Positions 1 to 11,866 are shown, counted from the first letter of the stretch. The stretch is DNA of 64,000 nucleotides from an uncultured Chthonomonadaceae bacterium (GCA_963817895.1 CAWFQB010000003.1:384001-448000), one strand, 5' to 3'. The notes: a model not told the origin generated them from the letters alone. Made by a program: numbers and translations.

Positions 1-491
1 GATCAAATTTTTCGTTTACGCCAAGTGTTATGTCATTTTCGAGTTTCACAGGGTCAAGCGGCTGACCGTCCGCTCCTGTCAGCAGGTTGGCTGTTCGTAA
101 TTCTCTAGCCACATCGGTTAGTGAGCGGCCCATTTGAGAGGCTAATTCTTTGGCGTATGCCGCATTTCGCATCAGCCGTAATTTGTATTGCGGTTGGATG
201 CCTTCCATCGGCATCAGCATTCAGCAGAGCGTCAGCAAGGCTGGAACGCATAGCTCGCGCGCCACTCGCCAGCTTTTCTGCATCATCATCTAAAGTGCCT
301 ACGAATGGCAATAGCTTCGATTTATCAATATCCTCTTGATGGTTCCTAGACCAATCCGTCAGGATGATAACAACATTAGAGAATGTCTTCACGCTTTTAA
401 CGAGAATGTTGTCCTCGGCTTTCACCGGCGGGGGACTCGCTGTGAGTAGACAGCACAGAGACAGACAGGCAACCGACTTAGCCAGCCTCAT
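1..491 (-). CDS. Secreted hypothetical protein, probably frameshifted near 170 and running off the window start
   Basis: ORF 105..491 has a signal-peptide-like N-terminus (MRLAKSVACLSLCCLLTA..VKA). An alternative frame (AAYAKELASQMGRSLTDVARELR...) stays open to position 1. Confidence 0.5.
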
Positions 492-769
492 TATTGTTTC
501 TCCTTATTTTTTGTATGCCGTCTCAGGCCAAGCGACAGACATATAACCAGCCAACTAATTGCCAGAGTAGGAAACCATACGTCATAACGTTGAGTTGTCT
601 GGCGCGCTAAGGCATCACATACCAGATGGCTGACAAACAATCCAATCAGGATTAAAGTGATCGTTTGCGCCGAAAGTGTCAAAAGGTTTCCGTCAGATGG
701 CGTCTTTTGTTTTTCTTGCTCCGTATCGGAGGCATGTGAGTTGTTAATGTGTTCGTCTGTGTTTGCCAC
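491..769 (-). CDS. Small hypothetical membrane protein (2 TM)
   Basis: 92-aa ORF with two hydrophobic segments; its stop overlaps the next start codon. Confidence 0.5.
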   Translation of the reverse strand: MANTDEHINNSHASDTEQEKQKTPSDGNLLTLSAQTITLILIGLFVSHLVCDALARQTTQRYDVWFPTLAISWLVICLSLGLRRHTKNKEKQ

Positions 770-901
770 CTATTTCATTCTCCCATCCCCCAGGATTACG
801 TAAATATTAAACACGTATCCCAATAACAGTGATTGTAACATAAACATGACATTTAGCATATAGCCATGTCTTTTTGAATGATTCGGGGAGAAGTGGCAGT
901 T

Positions 902-2238
902 CTATTTTGGCTGGCTTAATGTTGTGTCCGCAAGGAAATCAATCCGGTACTTACACGCCTGAATGATTTCGCGCTCGTACTGCGCGGCGTCCGCGATGTT
1001 GGTCAGGTTGTGTGTAGTCATTACTCTGGCGAGAACGTCTGCGAACGGGGCGATGGTTCCCCGGTTCACTTTGCGGTCGAAAAGCGTGGTCAGGCCCGCT
1101 TCGGATTTCACCACATCCGACACTTTGCCGGTCAGCATTTGCCCGTTGAGGGTAACAGTAACCACATCATCGGCGGGCCAGTAGTGCGATTTGGCGACTT
1201 TGATTTGCGCCACCTGAAACGCCTCGCTGCGCCGCCCCGCTTTTTGCCAGATGACGGTGAGCCGCTTGTCCGCAATAGTCTTTTGTACCGCGTCCGCCCC
1301 CGTCAGTTCCGCGCCCGTAACCGGGTCCACCACGCACAAAATGCCGTCCGGCGTAATGTCCAAACCGTACTGATGAAAGTCATGGGCGTATTGGTCGGGC
1401 TGATCGGTTTTTTCCTGCCGCAGCACTTCCAGCAGCGAGCCTTTGCCGTCTATCGCCGTGATGAACTGTATGAACCCGATGCTGACATAGCCCGTATCGT
1501 AGGTATTCACGCTGTCGAAGCCGCCCTCCAGTTTCGACACGGCTCCCGCCACGCGCTGTTCTGAAGCGTTGAAACCCGCTTTGCGCAAAGAGGGCGTTCA
1601 ATTGCGCGTCCGGCATTTTTCGCAGCGGATTGCTGCTGTCCATCACGCCCTGCGCAAACCGATAGTACGCGAAGGTGGGCGATCCGACGCGCACATTATC
1701 GCGCAGGGTGAACACATCCCCATCCTCGAACGCGACCATATACTGCATCGGCGCGACCGCGTTCGCGAACGGCGGCGGATTGCCGACTGCGGCCAGCAGA
1801 TCATCGGGAATCGTTCCGGGCAAAGCCGGAGGCAGGGGGTGGAGCGTATTGGGCGTGGGCGCGCTGCCCACATCTATGCGCGCCGTTCGCCCGATCCGCC
1901 ACATCCTGCGCCTGCCAGCGGTCATACGCGAGTTTGGCGTCTACCCACTGTTTCCAGCCCGCGTTAGAAGCTGCCGCGCCGGTTGGGGACTGCGTGGGTG
2001 GCGCTTTGCCCGCGCCGATGGCCCGCTGATACTTCCAGAACCACAGCGACCCCTCCGGCGTCAGGCGAACCTGCCACAACCCCGTTTTCTTCACGTCCGG
2101 CAAAGCCTGAATTTTATAACGTCCGGGCGTCGTCCAGTACGCGACGATTTTAGCCCGCTCGTCGGGGGAGAAAACGCCCTCGCCCCGCGCCGTCAACGGC
2201 AGGGAACACAAAGCAATCGCAAAAAAACAACGTCGCAC
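902..2238 (-). CDS. Secreted protein with a C-terminal lysozyme-like (putative peptidoglycan hydrolase) domain; frameshifted
   Basis: Joined ORFs 1801..2238 (signal peptide), 1380..1925 and 902..1588. Motif EGGFDSVNTYDTGYVSIGFIQF resembles lysozyme-superfamily E..D..S.G..QF. Confidence 0.55.
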
Positions 2239-2465
2239 CGATTATTTCCTTCCTGAACTTCAAAAACTCCGAAAACTTCAAAACAGGGTGTCACTCTCTT
2301 TCATTTCAATTCTACACTCCCGTATTCCTGCCTGCTCGAAACAACAGAGCGGAAAAAGGCAGGAATACGGGAAGCGCATGGCGAAAGCACAGGAAGAAAT
2401 ACTTTGCGCGGCCATTTTTGTGGGAGCGCGTATATTCAGCAGGCGGATTGAGAAGGGATGCGCGC

Positions 2466-3955
2466 ATGATTGCGGCAGGACAGGAAAACGAATCAAATAT
2501 AAGCGATAACAGCAGGGAAGCGACTTCCGCGCTGAATTCTCGCCTGCTGCGGGAGTACGGATGCGCTGTTGTTGTGACCCTGTTTGCGGTGGGCGCGCGA
2601 ATGTTGCTTACGCCCTACATTCAGGCGCAATTCCCCTATGCGACTGTATATTTTGCCGTCACGCTCGCCGCCTGGTACGGCGGGTTGGGGCCGGCTCTGC
2701 TGGCGGTTCTGCTCGGCTACCTGGGTGTCGTGTACTACATTATTCCGCCAACGCACTCGTTTATGATTCACGGCCTCGCCAACTGGATTGGAACCCTTAT
2801 CTTTATATTTCTAGGCGTAAGCAGCGCGGGCTTCAGCGGCTCCATGAAACGGGCGCAGGAACGGGCCGAGGCCAGCGCGGAGCAGGCGCGGGCTTCCGCT
2901 GATGCGCTGCTGGCAAGCGAGGCGCAACGCCGGGAAGGGGAATCGCATTTGCGCATGGCCGCCGATGCCGCCCGTTTGGGCGTATGGAGTTACGACCCGG
3001 ATGCCGAATGTCTCACGCTTTCCCCGCTCACGGCGCTGGCGCTGGGGCTGCCGCCCGAAACGGCAACCCTGACCACAGGGGGTTTTCTGGAACGAATCTG
3101 TATGCGGCGGACAGGCTTTTTGTCACCCGCGCGTTGCGCGACACGCTGGAAAACCGCGCCGTTCTGGATACGGAGTACCGCGTCGTATGGCCGGACAATT
3201 CCGTTCACTGGCTGGCGGCGCGGGGGGAAGCCCTGCCGAACGCGCATACGGGGCGCGCGCTGTTCAGCGGCGTGGCGCAGGAGATCACGGCGCGCAAGCA
3301 GATCGAGCAGGAGCGCGAGGCGTATCTGGCGGAAATCGAGGCGCTGAACGGGCGTTTAAAAGTGGCAATGGCGGAAACGCATCATCGGGTTAAAAACAAT
3401 CTCCAGGTGATTACGGCCATGATTGACATGCAGACAATGGAGGGGACGCCCACGCTACCCCGCGAGGAGTTTCTGCGCCTGAATCAGCATGTGCGAACCC
3501 TCGCTTCCATTCACGAGATTTTGACGCGCGAGGCGAAAGAGTACGGGGACGCGCAGACGCTTTCCGCCCGTGCGCTGCTCCGGCAACTGCTGTCCACGCT
3601 ACAGCAGGCGCATCTGGATCATGAGTTGCGGCAGCACATTGACGAGTCGACGCTTTCCACGCGGCAGGGAACCGCGCTGGCCCTGATTACCAACGAACTG
3701 GTCAGTAACGCGGTGAAACACGGAAGGGGCGCGATTGAGGCGCGGTTTACGGTTGTGGAAAATATCGGCTGTCTGGAAGTAGGCGACGATGGCGTGGGCT
3801 TTCCTGCCGACTTCGACGCGAAAAAAGCCGCGAACACGGGGCTGGACCTGATCCAATCGCTCACGCAGGCCGATTTGACGGGACAAATCGCGTATGCCAA
3901 CCGTCCTGAAGGCGGCGCGCGTGTCCGTATTACCTTCCCCATTTCCGCCGCATAA
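2466..3955 (+). CDS. Sensor histidine kinase (DUF4118 TM + PAS + HisKA_2/HATPase); frameshift near 3100
   Basis: Four-TM DUF4118-like N-terminus, PAS (EYRVVWPDNSVHWL), H-box ETHHRVKNNLQ, N-box NELVSNAVKH, G-box DDGVG. Confidence 0.9.
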
Positions 3956-4011
3956 ACGTCTGACACATTCCGAGGGCCAATACCTGATGACTTTGATGCT
4001 TTAGACGCGCG

Positions 4012-5082
4012 TCAGCCTGAATACATTACAGCATGTCCAGGCGGGTTTCTAACTTCCGGGTTTTTTCCGCCCGAGCCTCTGTGGGCAAAGCGGCGTTTGA
4101 AGTAGTACAAGGTTTCTTCTTCGCTTCCGCCAAAATTCGCCTTTGTGTATTGTGCCGCGCGAGCCAAATGCAAGGCTATATTGTACATCTCGAAATGCAA
4201 CGCTTGCTTTTTTAAGCAGGGGGCGGGGTCATACGGCGCAGCATAAAAGTCGAGCACATTATCAAAGCCCGGGGCGCACCGAATGAAGCCCACCGCCTTT
4301 CCCTCCCTGCGAAACAACCATCCGCCACCATAGGGTTCAAACACAAAAGATGTGTAGGTAAGTCTCAGATCATCCAGATCACCTGTGTTTTCTTTTGATG
4401 CTTTCCTTGCTATGTAGTCTTCCGACCACGAGAAAATAAGATTCATCATCTCTTCCCGATGAGCGCGTACATCTAAATCCTCAACACTCAAATTAAGGGC
4501 GGCGCTCTCTCGCAGCGAGTTTATGAAACGTTTACGGAATGGCTCTCCCACAGACGATGCAATGATTCCCTTATGATCCAATATGGTCTGAGGAAATGGC
4601 TTTTGGTTCTGATTATGGACACGTGTAGCAGCGTAGCTGCTGCAATATTGATCAAGGTCTACCATAACTTCGGGGTATTCCTCTTCGTCGTAACGATAAT
4701 ATCCACTCCATCCGTCCTCTTCGCGATACGGGCCAAAACCGTATGGACTAAGTTGCCGGGCCTGATCGCCACTAATGTTCTTTACTACGACTCGCTCTCG
4801 TGTTGCCGCCACGTACTCTCGCGCGAGCGCCGCTATCGTCTCTGGTTTCCACATGCCGATTGGTCGAACAAATGCCGTTCCCCCCTTGTTTGGTGGACAA
4901 GGAGTGATTGGAATAAATTGCTCGCCATCCCAATACTTTTCCCACCCACGTCGGCATGTGCTCAAATAATAAAGCCTGCTATTTCCCCCCAATTCAGGAG
5001 CAGATGGCGCATGGCATAGAGCGTCTACCAGGGAATAGTCGTCCTCAGAAACCTCTGTCACTTGAGCAATCATTTTACTCAT
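4012..5082 (-). CDS. DUF2156/GNAT-fold protein (aminoacyl-tRNA-dependent transferase-like)
   Basis: 356 aa; C-terminal NFGGSEEETLYYFKRRF matches the DUF2156/VlmA-like motif; visibly more AT-rich than its neighbours. Confidence 0.55.
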   Translation of the reverse strand: MSKMIAQVTEVSEDDYSLVDALCHAPSAPELGGNSRLYYLSTCRRGWEKYWDGEQFIPITPCPPNKGGTAFVRPIGMWKPETIAALAREYVAATRERVVVKNISGDQARQLSPYGFGPYREEDGWSGYYRYDEEEYPEVMVDLDQYCSSYAATRVHNQNQKPFPQTILDHKGIIASSVGEPFRKRFINSLRESAALNLSVEDLDVRAHREEMMNLIFSWSEDYIARKASKENTGDLDDLRLTYTSFVFEPYGGGWLFRREGKAVGFIRCAPGFDNVLDFYAAPYDPAPCLKKQALHFEMYNIALHLARAAQYTKANFGGSEEETLYYFKRRFAHRGSGGKNPEVRNPPGHAVMYSG

Positions 5083-5176
5083 CGTGTTTACCTTTCGGGC
5101 TGCGCATGTCGCTGACCAGTCATTTTTGTCAAGCTATTTCCACAAATAGATTAATTCTTTTTAGACTGCCGTTCGG

Positions 5177-7939
5177 TTATGCCTGTGTTTCACGGCAATA
5201 CTGTTCTAAATTTTGGCAGTAATGGCAGGTACAGCCGGGTTGCAGCAACAGCCGGGGCGTTTCGCGCATCACTTCCGCCTGCGCTTCGATGGCGTCCCGG
5301 CAACGCATCACGCGCACAACGTCCTCGCCCAATGGCGTGTCCTGAACGAGTCCGCGCGCATACAATTTCTCATACGCGGGGGCAAAGCGGACGTGCCAGG
5401 GGCAATCGGGAACGAGGACTTCGCGCCGTTCGCCGCCTTCCATAATGGGGCAGATAAAGTCTACGAGCGGCAGTCCAGCCCTGTACTCCCCGACGTGCAT
5501 GATTGTGTTTGTGGTCGGGGGAGAAAATAGCAACACCTTGCCATTCAGATCGGCCAGCCTTCCCAATGGCCCGTCCTGATGAAGCGGCGATTGGGTATGA
5601 GTGTGGCCTGCCAGCAGCGCGGCAGCGTGTTTGCCCGTTGCCGCAAACGAGTGCGTGGGATGTTCACTGCGCAACACGCCCGCCCGCCGCCAGAAGCGAT
5701 CCGTCACCTTGCCCACACGAGACGGGGTTGTTTGCGGGTCATAGGGCGAGCGTCCGAGCCAGGAGAAGGTAAACGTCGGCGTCACGAGCGTTCCGTCCGG
5801 GCCAAGAATTGAAAGCAACGTGTCAATCAGACTATCGGCCCCGCCCTCCACATATCCGAAGCGGCTCAGGGCGAAATGTCCCAACACCACATCGCCCGGC
5901 GCAATTCCCGCCTGCTGAAGCGCGGTTTTGATTTCCGCCTGCGTCAGATACGGGCGCAGGCGAACCATGCCACGCTCCGCAAGAAACCGGAACAGTCGCT
6001 CCAATCGCGCCGTTTCCAGCTTCTCCCCCGTATGACGTTCCAGAATTTCGGCGATTTCCCCGGCTGTTCGTTTGCCGTTGGCGAACATAAGGGCGTTCTG
6101 CGCCCAACCGGGCGCGCCCCATCCGCCCCCAATTTCCAGAACGTTTTGGACATACTCCCGCTCTTCCGCGTTCAAGTCCTCAAAAGCGAGAAAGCCCCGG
6201 AAGGTCTTTACGGGTACGCAGCGGCTTTCAGAAATGAGCGCATCTGTTTCCGATGCTCCGGTATCGAGCAATGCCTCTGTCCGCCCGCATATCCTCGCTG
6301 CCGTTTCCTCGTGAACGCGATCTAACCGCGCCTGAAGCGTGTCCATACGCGCGTGAAAATACTCCTGCGGCAGAAGGCAATCCGTACCCGCCAGATTGTG
6401 CCTGTTCGCGCCCGCAAGTTCCGCGCAGGGGATAAACGACAGGGAGGGAATCAGTGAAACCGGCGAACGCAGCCTTTTGGAATACTGCTCGTAAAGGCTT
6501 GCCATTTGCCGGTGAAGCGTAGAAGTTTGCGAAGTATCGCCCCGCAAACTTCGCGTTGCAATCTCTCCCATGCGGCGATAGGCCTGCTCGGATACCAGTT
6601 CCGACAGCCAGAGCGCTTCCCTTAGTCCGGCGTTTGCGAGAAACGCGGCATACGTGGCGGCAACCCGCGCCATATCCGCCAGCATCCGGCCCGATATTTT
6701 GTCCGGCGTGTCGGTCGCCAGATGGTGCGTGGCGCTGTAGTGGTAGATCGCGGGCGTGGGCGCGCCAATCAGGGGTTCCCCGAAGATGTTGTCAATCATC
6801 TCGGAATCGGTTCGACGCCAGCGGAAAAGCGGATTTGCCTCCCCGGTTCGCGCCAGCAGTTCGGCGGCAAACTCCTCGGCATAGGAGGGCAGCGCGGCAA
6901 AGTTGTCGGCAAGCGCGCAAACGCTTGTCACGCGGTTCTGATCCGTGCCGACCGTATCTATATTCAGTCCGGCGCGGATATTGCGGATTTCCTCTTTGTT
7001 CTGAATCAGGGCGTTGAACCCGCGTACCTCCATCGGCAATAGAACCCGAATACCGCGCTGTAACGGAGGTATTTCCCCGGCCTGAAGCATGGCCTGAATT
7101 GCGCGGCACACTTCCAGCGCGACGGCAACCTGCGAACAGTTGTCATCCGCCCCAAATTCGTCGTAATGCCCGGTCAAAACGATTTCGTCCGGCTCGGTTC
7201 CGGGTAATCGCCCACTCACAACCGGCAAAACGCCGTCATAATGTCGGGACTGCACAAGGGCGTGACAGGTCAGCGTCTGCCCCCTTGCAAGCAAATCGCG
7301 CAGTTCCCGCCCCTGTTCGGGCGACAGGGAGAAACCGAAGCCTTTGTTCGGGGCGTTCCAGAGCGGAATGGTGTAGTTGTGCCACTCGTTGCTTTTGTCC
7401 ACGTCGGGACCGTTTTTGAAGACGCGATGCGAATTGCGGCAGTCGCTTACCAGCCCGACCGCGCCCGCCTGCATTGCCGCCTGACTGATTTCCACGCCGA
7501 TACCGGAAGTCAACACCAATCGGCCTGATACGCGCCCCGGCGTCATGTCCTCCGTTTTGTCGGCGACAATCAGTTCCGCCGTAATTCCTTCGAGTGGCGT
7601 GGGCAGGCTGTACAGCATCAGGCTCACGGGGTTGGCGTGGTAATCGGCTAAAATCGTGTCCGGCGCGTCCGGCCTGCGCAGCGTCAATTGCGCTTCCTGA
7701 ACATCATAAGCGCGGGGCATGATCCAGCCGCCATAACCGGTTTTGCCATCGGCGGGAAATGCAATCAACCGCGCGTCTTCCAGCCCAATGGCTCTCATTT
7801 TGGCGGCGATACACTGCGCTAATCCGTTGATTTTGTCAAAGGAAGACCAGCGCGAAAATGCAAAAAACTCGGCAATATCCGCCTGCATCCGTTCCTCGGA
7901 AAGATGCCCGCGAACCCCGTTCCAAATCGGCGTGTACAT
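5177..7939 (-). CDS. M28-peptidase-like (DUF4910) + winged HTH + AAC(3)-family N-acetyltransferase fusion
   Basis: M28 motifs GHYDEFGADDNCS, MEVRG, NIDTVG, HHLATD. C-terminal GDVVLGH..GTLVTPTFT..RSEHPTHSFAATG..NTIMHVGE is typical of Antibiotic_NAT. Confidence 0.8.
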   Translation of the reverse strand: MYTPIWNGVRGHLSEERMQADIAEFFAFSRWSSFDKINGLAQCIAAKMRAIGLEDARLIAFPADGKTGYGGWIMPRAYDVQEAQLTLRRPDAPDTILADYHANPVSLMLYSLPTPLEGITAELIVADKTEDMTPGRVSGRLVLTSGIGVEISQAAMQAGAVGLVSDCRNSHRVFKNGPDVDKSNEWHNYTIPLWNAPNKGFGFSLSPEQGRELRDLLARGQTLTCHALVQSRHYDGVLPVVSGRLPGTEPDEIVLTGHYDEFGADDNCSQVAVALEVCRAIQAMLQAGEIPPLQRGIRVLLPMEVRGFNALIQNKEEIRNIRAGLNIDTVGTDQNRVTSVCALADNFAALPSYAEEFAAELLARTGEANPLFRWRRTDSEMIDNIFGEPLIGAPTPAIYHYSATHHLATDTPDKISGRMLADMARVAATYAAFLANAGLREALWLSELVSEQAYRRMGEIATRSLRGDTSQTSTLHRQMASLYEQYSKRLRSPVSLIPSLSFIPCAELAGANRHNLAGTDCLLPQEYFHARMDTLQARLDRVHEETAARICGRTEALLDTGASETDALISESRCVPVKTFRGFLAFEDLNAEEREYVQNVLEIGGGWGAPGWAQNALMFANGKRTAGEIAEILERHTGEKLETARLERLFRFLAERGMVRLRPYLTQAEIKTALQQAGIAPGDVVLGHFALSRFGYVEGGADSLIDTLLSILGPDGTLVTPTFTFSWLGRSPYDPQTTPSRVGKVTDRFWRRAGVLRSEHPTHSFAATGKHAAALLAGHTHTQSPLHQDGPLGRLADLNGKVLLFSPPTTNTIMHVGEYRAGLPLVDFICPIMEGGERREVLVPDCPWHVRFAPAYEKLYARGLVQDTPLGEDVVRVMRCRDAIEAQAEVMRETPRLLLQPGCTCHYCQNLEQYCRETQA

Positions 7940-8377
7940 AGAAATATTCCTGAATCGAGCATCAAGGGCCTGTACCCCAAACCTCCGCAGGGGCGCGCTG
8001 CATTACGCCCGCATGAAGCGTCAGGCCAGAAGAATCCAACGCGCAACGCTTTCCCCAATGCGCAAAGCCCCTCCGCAATACTATATCACGAAAGGGCTGC
8101 GAACAGCAAACAACCGGGCAGCCTGTATTTTCGGCGTAAACGCAGAGATTTCCTGAATTTATTTTATAATATCATTTATGTAGACAGGCGCGACATGACC
8201 AACCGGCTCGATGGATAGCGGTCAAATGCAAGCCGCCGTTGTCATAGCGCGTTGCGCGGCAAGGAGAGGGGGCCGTGTCCACAAGTGGACGCCCGGTGAG
8301 TTAAACCTTCGCCTCATGCGGTATAATCAGCCATACGCTTTAACGATTATCGCCACATCAGGAACAACAACCAAACC

Positions 8378-10854
8378 ATGAAAACAGATTTCTCTTATTT
8401 CAATCTCCTGTGCCGAATACGGCTGTATAAGGCTTTGCCGCTTGCGGGAATGGCGCTCTGCGGGTTCGGCATCGTCGGCGCGGCAAACGGGCAGACTTCA
8501 ACTTCCAAAACGGTATCCTACATGACGGCAAAACACTGGTGGCCCGCATCCGTAGACAAAACGCTGGCGCAGGCGGGGAGTAATCGCGCCCAACTGGAAA
8601 CCGCGCTCGGTTCCACGCCCGAAGCGCAGCGCGAGGGGATGCGGTTTCTGATTGAGAACATGCCGGTCACGGACCTGCAAACCCTTCATGCCTCCTATCT
8701 GCTGACTACGGTTGACATGGCTTACGAGGCGCGGGACACGGCCCCGTGGAAAGCGCAGATTTCCAACAATCTCTTCCTCAACGACGTTTTGCCCTACGCC
8801 AGCCTGAACGAAGCGCGGGACGAATCGCGTAAACTGCTGCGCGACAAATCCCTGCCCCTGATTGCGGACTGCAAAACCCCCGCAGAGGCCGCGCACCGCC
8901 TGAACGCCAAACTGTTTCCCCTGCTCAACGCCCGCTACTCGACCGAGCGCAAACGCGCCGACCAAAGCCCGCTGGAAACCATCGCCAGCGGCAAAGCGAC
9001 CTGTTCCGGCCTGTCCATTCTGCTCGTGGACGCCTGCCGCGCCGTTGGCGTTCCCGCCCGCGTTGTCGGCACACCGATGTGGACAAACCTGCGCGGCAAC
9101 CATACATGGGTGGAAATCTGGGACGGCGACTGGCATTTTCTGGGCGCGGCGGAACCGGACGAGCAGGGATTGGATCACGGCTGGTTTACCCACGACGCTT
9201 CGCTTGCCAGAAAAGATATGCCGCAGCACGCCATTTATGCCAGCAGTTTCCAGAAGACCGGACTGGCCTTTCCCCTCGTGTGGGCGGAAAACATTCAGTG
9301 GGTTCCCGCCGTCAACGTTACTGATCGGTACACGAAAGTAGTTTCTGCCGACGCCAGCAAAACCCGGCTGCTTGTCAGGGTTCTGGATGGGGCAGGCAAG
9401 CGCGTGATTGCGCATATCACCCTGCGCGAAGTCGGCAAGCCTGCCATTCTGCTGGACGGCAGCAGCAAGGGCGAAACGGCTGACCTCAACGACATGCCGG
9501 GCGTGGACGTGGTTCGCGTCTGCCCGCCGCGCCATTATGAAGTCACTGCCGAGTACGGCGGCATAACCGCGCATACCACTGTTACCGCCGGTTCGGAAGC
9601 GCAGCAGGTGATTACCGTGCGAACGGACGCGCCCGAATCCGTCAGCCTGATGTTGCCGGACGCGAAGGGATCGGATAAACAGGACAAAAAAGAGCAGGAG
9701 AAAGTCGGCAAAATCGCGCCCCTGCTCGGGACAGATTTGGCGCGGATATTGAGAAGAAAACCAAAGCGCAGAAGAAATTAGTCGGCATGAAGGCGGACAA
9801 AGCCGAGTCGTGAGGCCGCGTGGCAGGCGTACAAAACGTCGCCCGCGTGGAGCAAACTGCGGCAGGAGCTGGAGCAGAAAACCGTTGTCACCCCAACCCG
9901 AACAAGCCCCTATTTATGGCGGCATGTGGGCGAAAAGCCTGCCGATGGGTGGGCATTGGTGATTGCCATGCACGGCGGGGGCAACGCGCCCAAAGCCGTC
10001 AACGACCGCGAATGGCAGTACATGTTCGAGAAATACTACAAGGATCATCCCGAAGCGGGCGGGTATGTGTATCTCGCCCTCCGCGCCCCTAACGACGAGT
10101 GGAACGGCTTTTACGACGACGCGATTTGCCCGCTTGTGGAGCGATTGATACAGCAGTTCGTTCTCTTCGATGATGTCAACCCGGACAAGGTGTACACGCT
10201 TGGCGCGTCGCACGGCGGATACGGCGCGTTTGTCATCGGCCCCAAAATCCCATATCGGTTTGCCGCCGTCCATGCCGCCGCGTCCGCCCCTACCGATGGC
10301 GAAACAATGGGCGAAAACCTGCGCAACGTGCCGTTCACCATTATAACCGGCGCGCAGGACAACGGGTACGGACGCATTGACCGTGACCGCAAGTTTATCG
10401 CGCAGGTGGAAGACGTGGCGTAAGCAGTACGGCGGCTACGACGTTTCTCTCGATTCTCCCGAACGTCGGGCATCTCGTGCCGGATCACGATTTTCTGGCC
10501 GATATGCTCAAGGCAAAGCGCGACGCCTGGCCCAAACAACTCGTGTGGACGCAATCCGACAACGTTCTGAAACGCTTCTACTGGCTGGAAGCGACCGCGC
10601 CCGTCGCGCAGGGACACATCGAAGCAAAGGTAGAGGGCAACACGATCACGCTGAAAGCGCAAAAACAGGAACACATCGCGCTGTGGCTGGATGGCAGCCT
10701 CGTTGATGTCTCCAAACCCGTCACCGTGATTGTCGAAGGCGGCAAAAAGCAGGTGTTCAAGCCCAAACCGTCGCTGGAAACGTTTTGCGAGGGGTTGGAG
10801 CAGACTTCCGACCCGCATCTTTCCGCCCCCGTCCGCATTGAGGTGACACTCTGA
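8378..10854 (+). CDS. Secreted transglutaminase-like domain + alpha/beta-hydrolase (esterase) protein; frameshifted
   Basis: ORF 8378..9781 carries ATCSGLS..NHTWVEIWD (Cys-His-Asp). ORF 9926..10423 carries MHGGG and GASHGG (GxSxG). ORF 10477..10854 is the C-terminal part. Confidence 0.75.
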
Positions 10855-11831
10855 TGAACAACAAAGCCGACAGCAAAATAAATCGAAGCGCGTTTTTGCG
10901 CAGCGCGGCGGGAGCGGCGCTGGCGCTGAGTACGGCGAAAGCGAGTGGGGAAGAAAAGGAGAAAAGGAGAAAAGGAGAAGAGGAGATAGAGGACAAAACA
11001 CCGAACACCGAACACCGAACACCGAACACCGACGGGCCTAAAAAAGCCGTGCTTTATGGGATGTTGCCGTCCGGGTTGAGTTTGGAAGATCGGTTCAAAT
11101 TGGCGCGGGATGTGGGCTTTGCGGGCGTGGAAGCGCCGCCGCTTACGGAGCAGGCGGAGTGTGAGAAGATGCGGGCGGGCGCGGAAAAAGCGGGCATTCG
11201 CGTCCATTCCGTGATTTACGGGGGCTGGGATCCGCCGCTCTCTCATCCCGATGCCGATATGCGCAAACGCAGCGTCCAAAACGCGCAGGCCGCGTTGCAG
11301 GGCGCGAAATGGATGGGCGCGGATGACATTCTGCTGGTTCCCGCTGTGGTAGACGCCCGCACACCCTACAGCGAGGCGTGGAACCGGGCGCAGGACGGTA
11401 TCAAACAACTAATTCCCACCGCAGAGAAACTTGATCTGCTAATTTGCGTGGAAGAGGTGTGGAACAACTTCCTGCTCAGTCCGCTGGAGTATGTCCGCTT
11501 CGTAGACAGTTTCAAAAGCCGCCGCGTACAGGCGTATTTCGACGTGGGCAATGTGGTCACGTTCGGCTGGCCGCAGGACTGGATACGGACGTTGGGAAAA
11601 CGCATCCACAAAGTACATTTGAAGGACTACAAGGGCGGGCCGGGACTGTTCGGCGGCAACAAAGGCGGCTTTGTCAACCTGCGCGAAGGCAGCATTGACT
11701 GGCCGGAAGTGCGGCGCGCGTTTGCCGACATTGGCTATACCGGCTATATGACAACGGAACTCGGCGGAGGCGACGAGGCCTATCTGCGTGACGTGAGCGC
11801 AAGAGTAGATAAAATACTCGCAGGCGTCTAA
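10854..11831 (+). CDS. Sugar phosphate isomerase/epimerase (xylose-isomerase-like TIM barrel) with Tat-like leader
   Basis: Motifs VEEVWNNFLLSP, YFDVGN, VHLKD, TTE; leader NRSAFLR. Confidence 0.9.
   Translation: MNNKADSKINRSAFLRSAAGAALALSTAKASGEEKEKRRKGEEEIEDKTPNTEHRTPNTDGPKKAVLYGMLPSGLSLEDRFKLARDVGFAGVEAPPLTEQAECEKMRAGAEKAGIRVHSVIYGGWDPPLSHPDADMRKRSVQNAQAALQGAKWMGADDILLVPAVVDARTPYSEAWNRAQDGIKQLIPTAEKLDLLICVEEVWNNFLLSPLEYVRFVDSFKSRRVQAYFDVGNVVTFGWPQDWIRTLGKRIHKVHLKDYKGGPGLFGGNKGGFVNLREGSIDWPEVRRAFADIGYTGYMTTELGGGDEAYLRDVSARVDKILAGV
10952..11031 (+). repeat. In-frame tandem repeats (AGAAAAGG)x3 and (AACACCG)x5 after the signal peptide
   Basis: Read directly; encodes [22 protein letters not shown]. 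Confidence 0.9.
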
Positions 11832-11866
11832 GCGGCGGGGCAACACGGGGTTACGCGGTTTACGCC

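Noticed and set aside
5177..5960. Bona fide aminoglycoside resistance gene aac(3)
   Set aside because: The domain is fused to a peptidase-like protein with no mobile context, and the family includes many non-resistance enzymes.
8200..8330. Possible structured RNA upstream of the transglutaminase gene
   Set aside because: Only short hairpins, with no recognisable riboswitch consensus.
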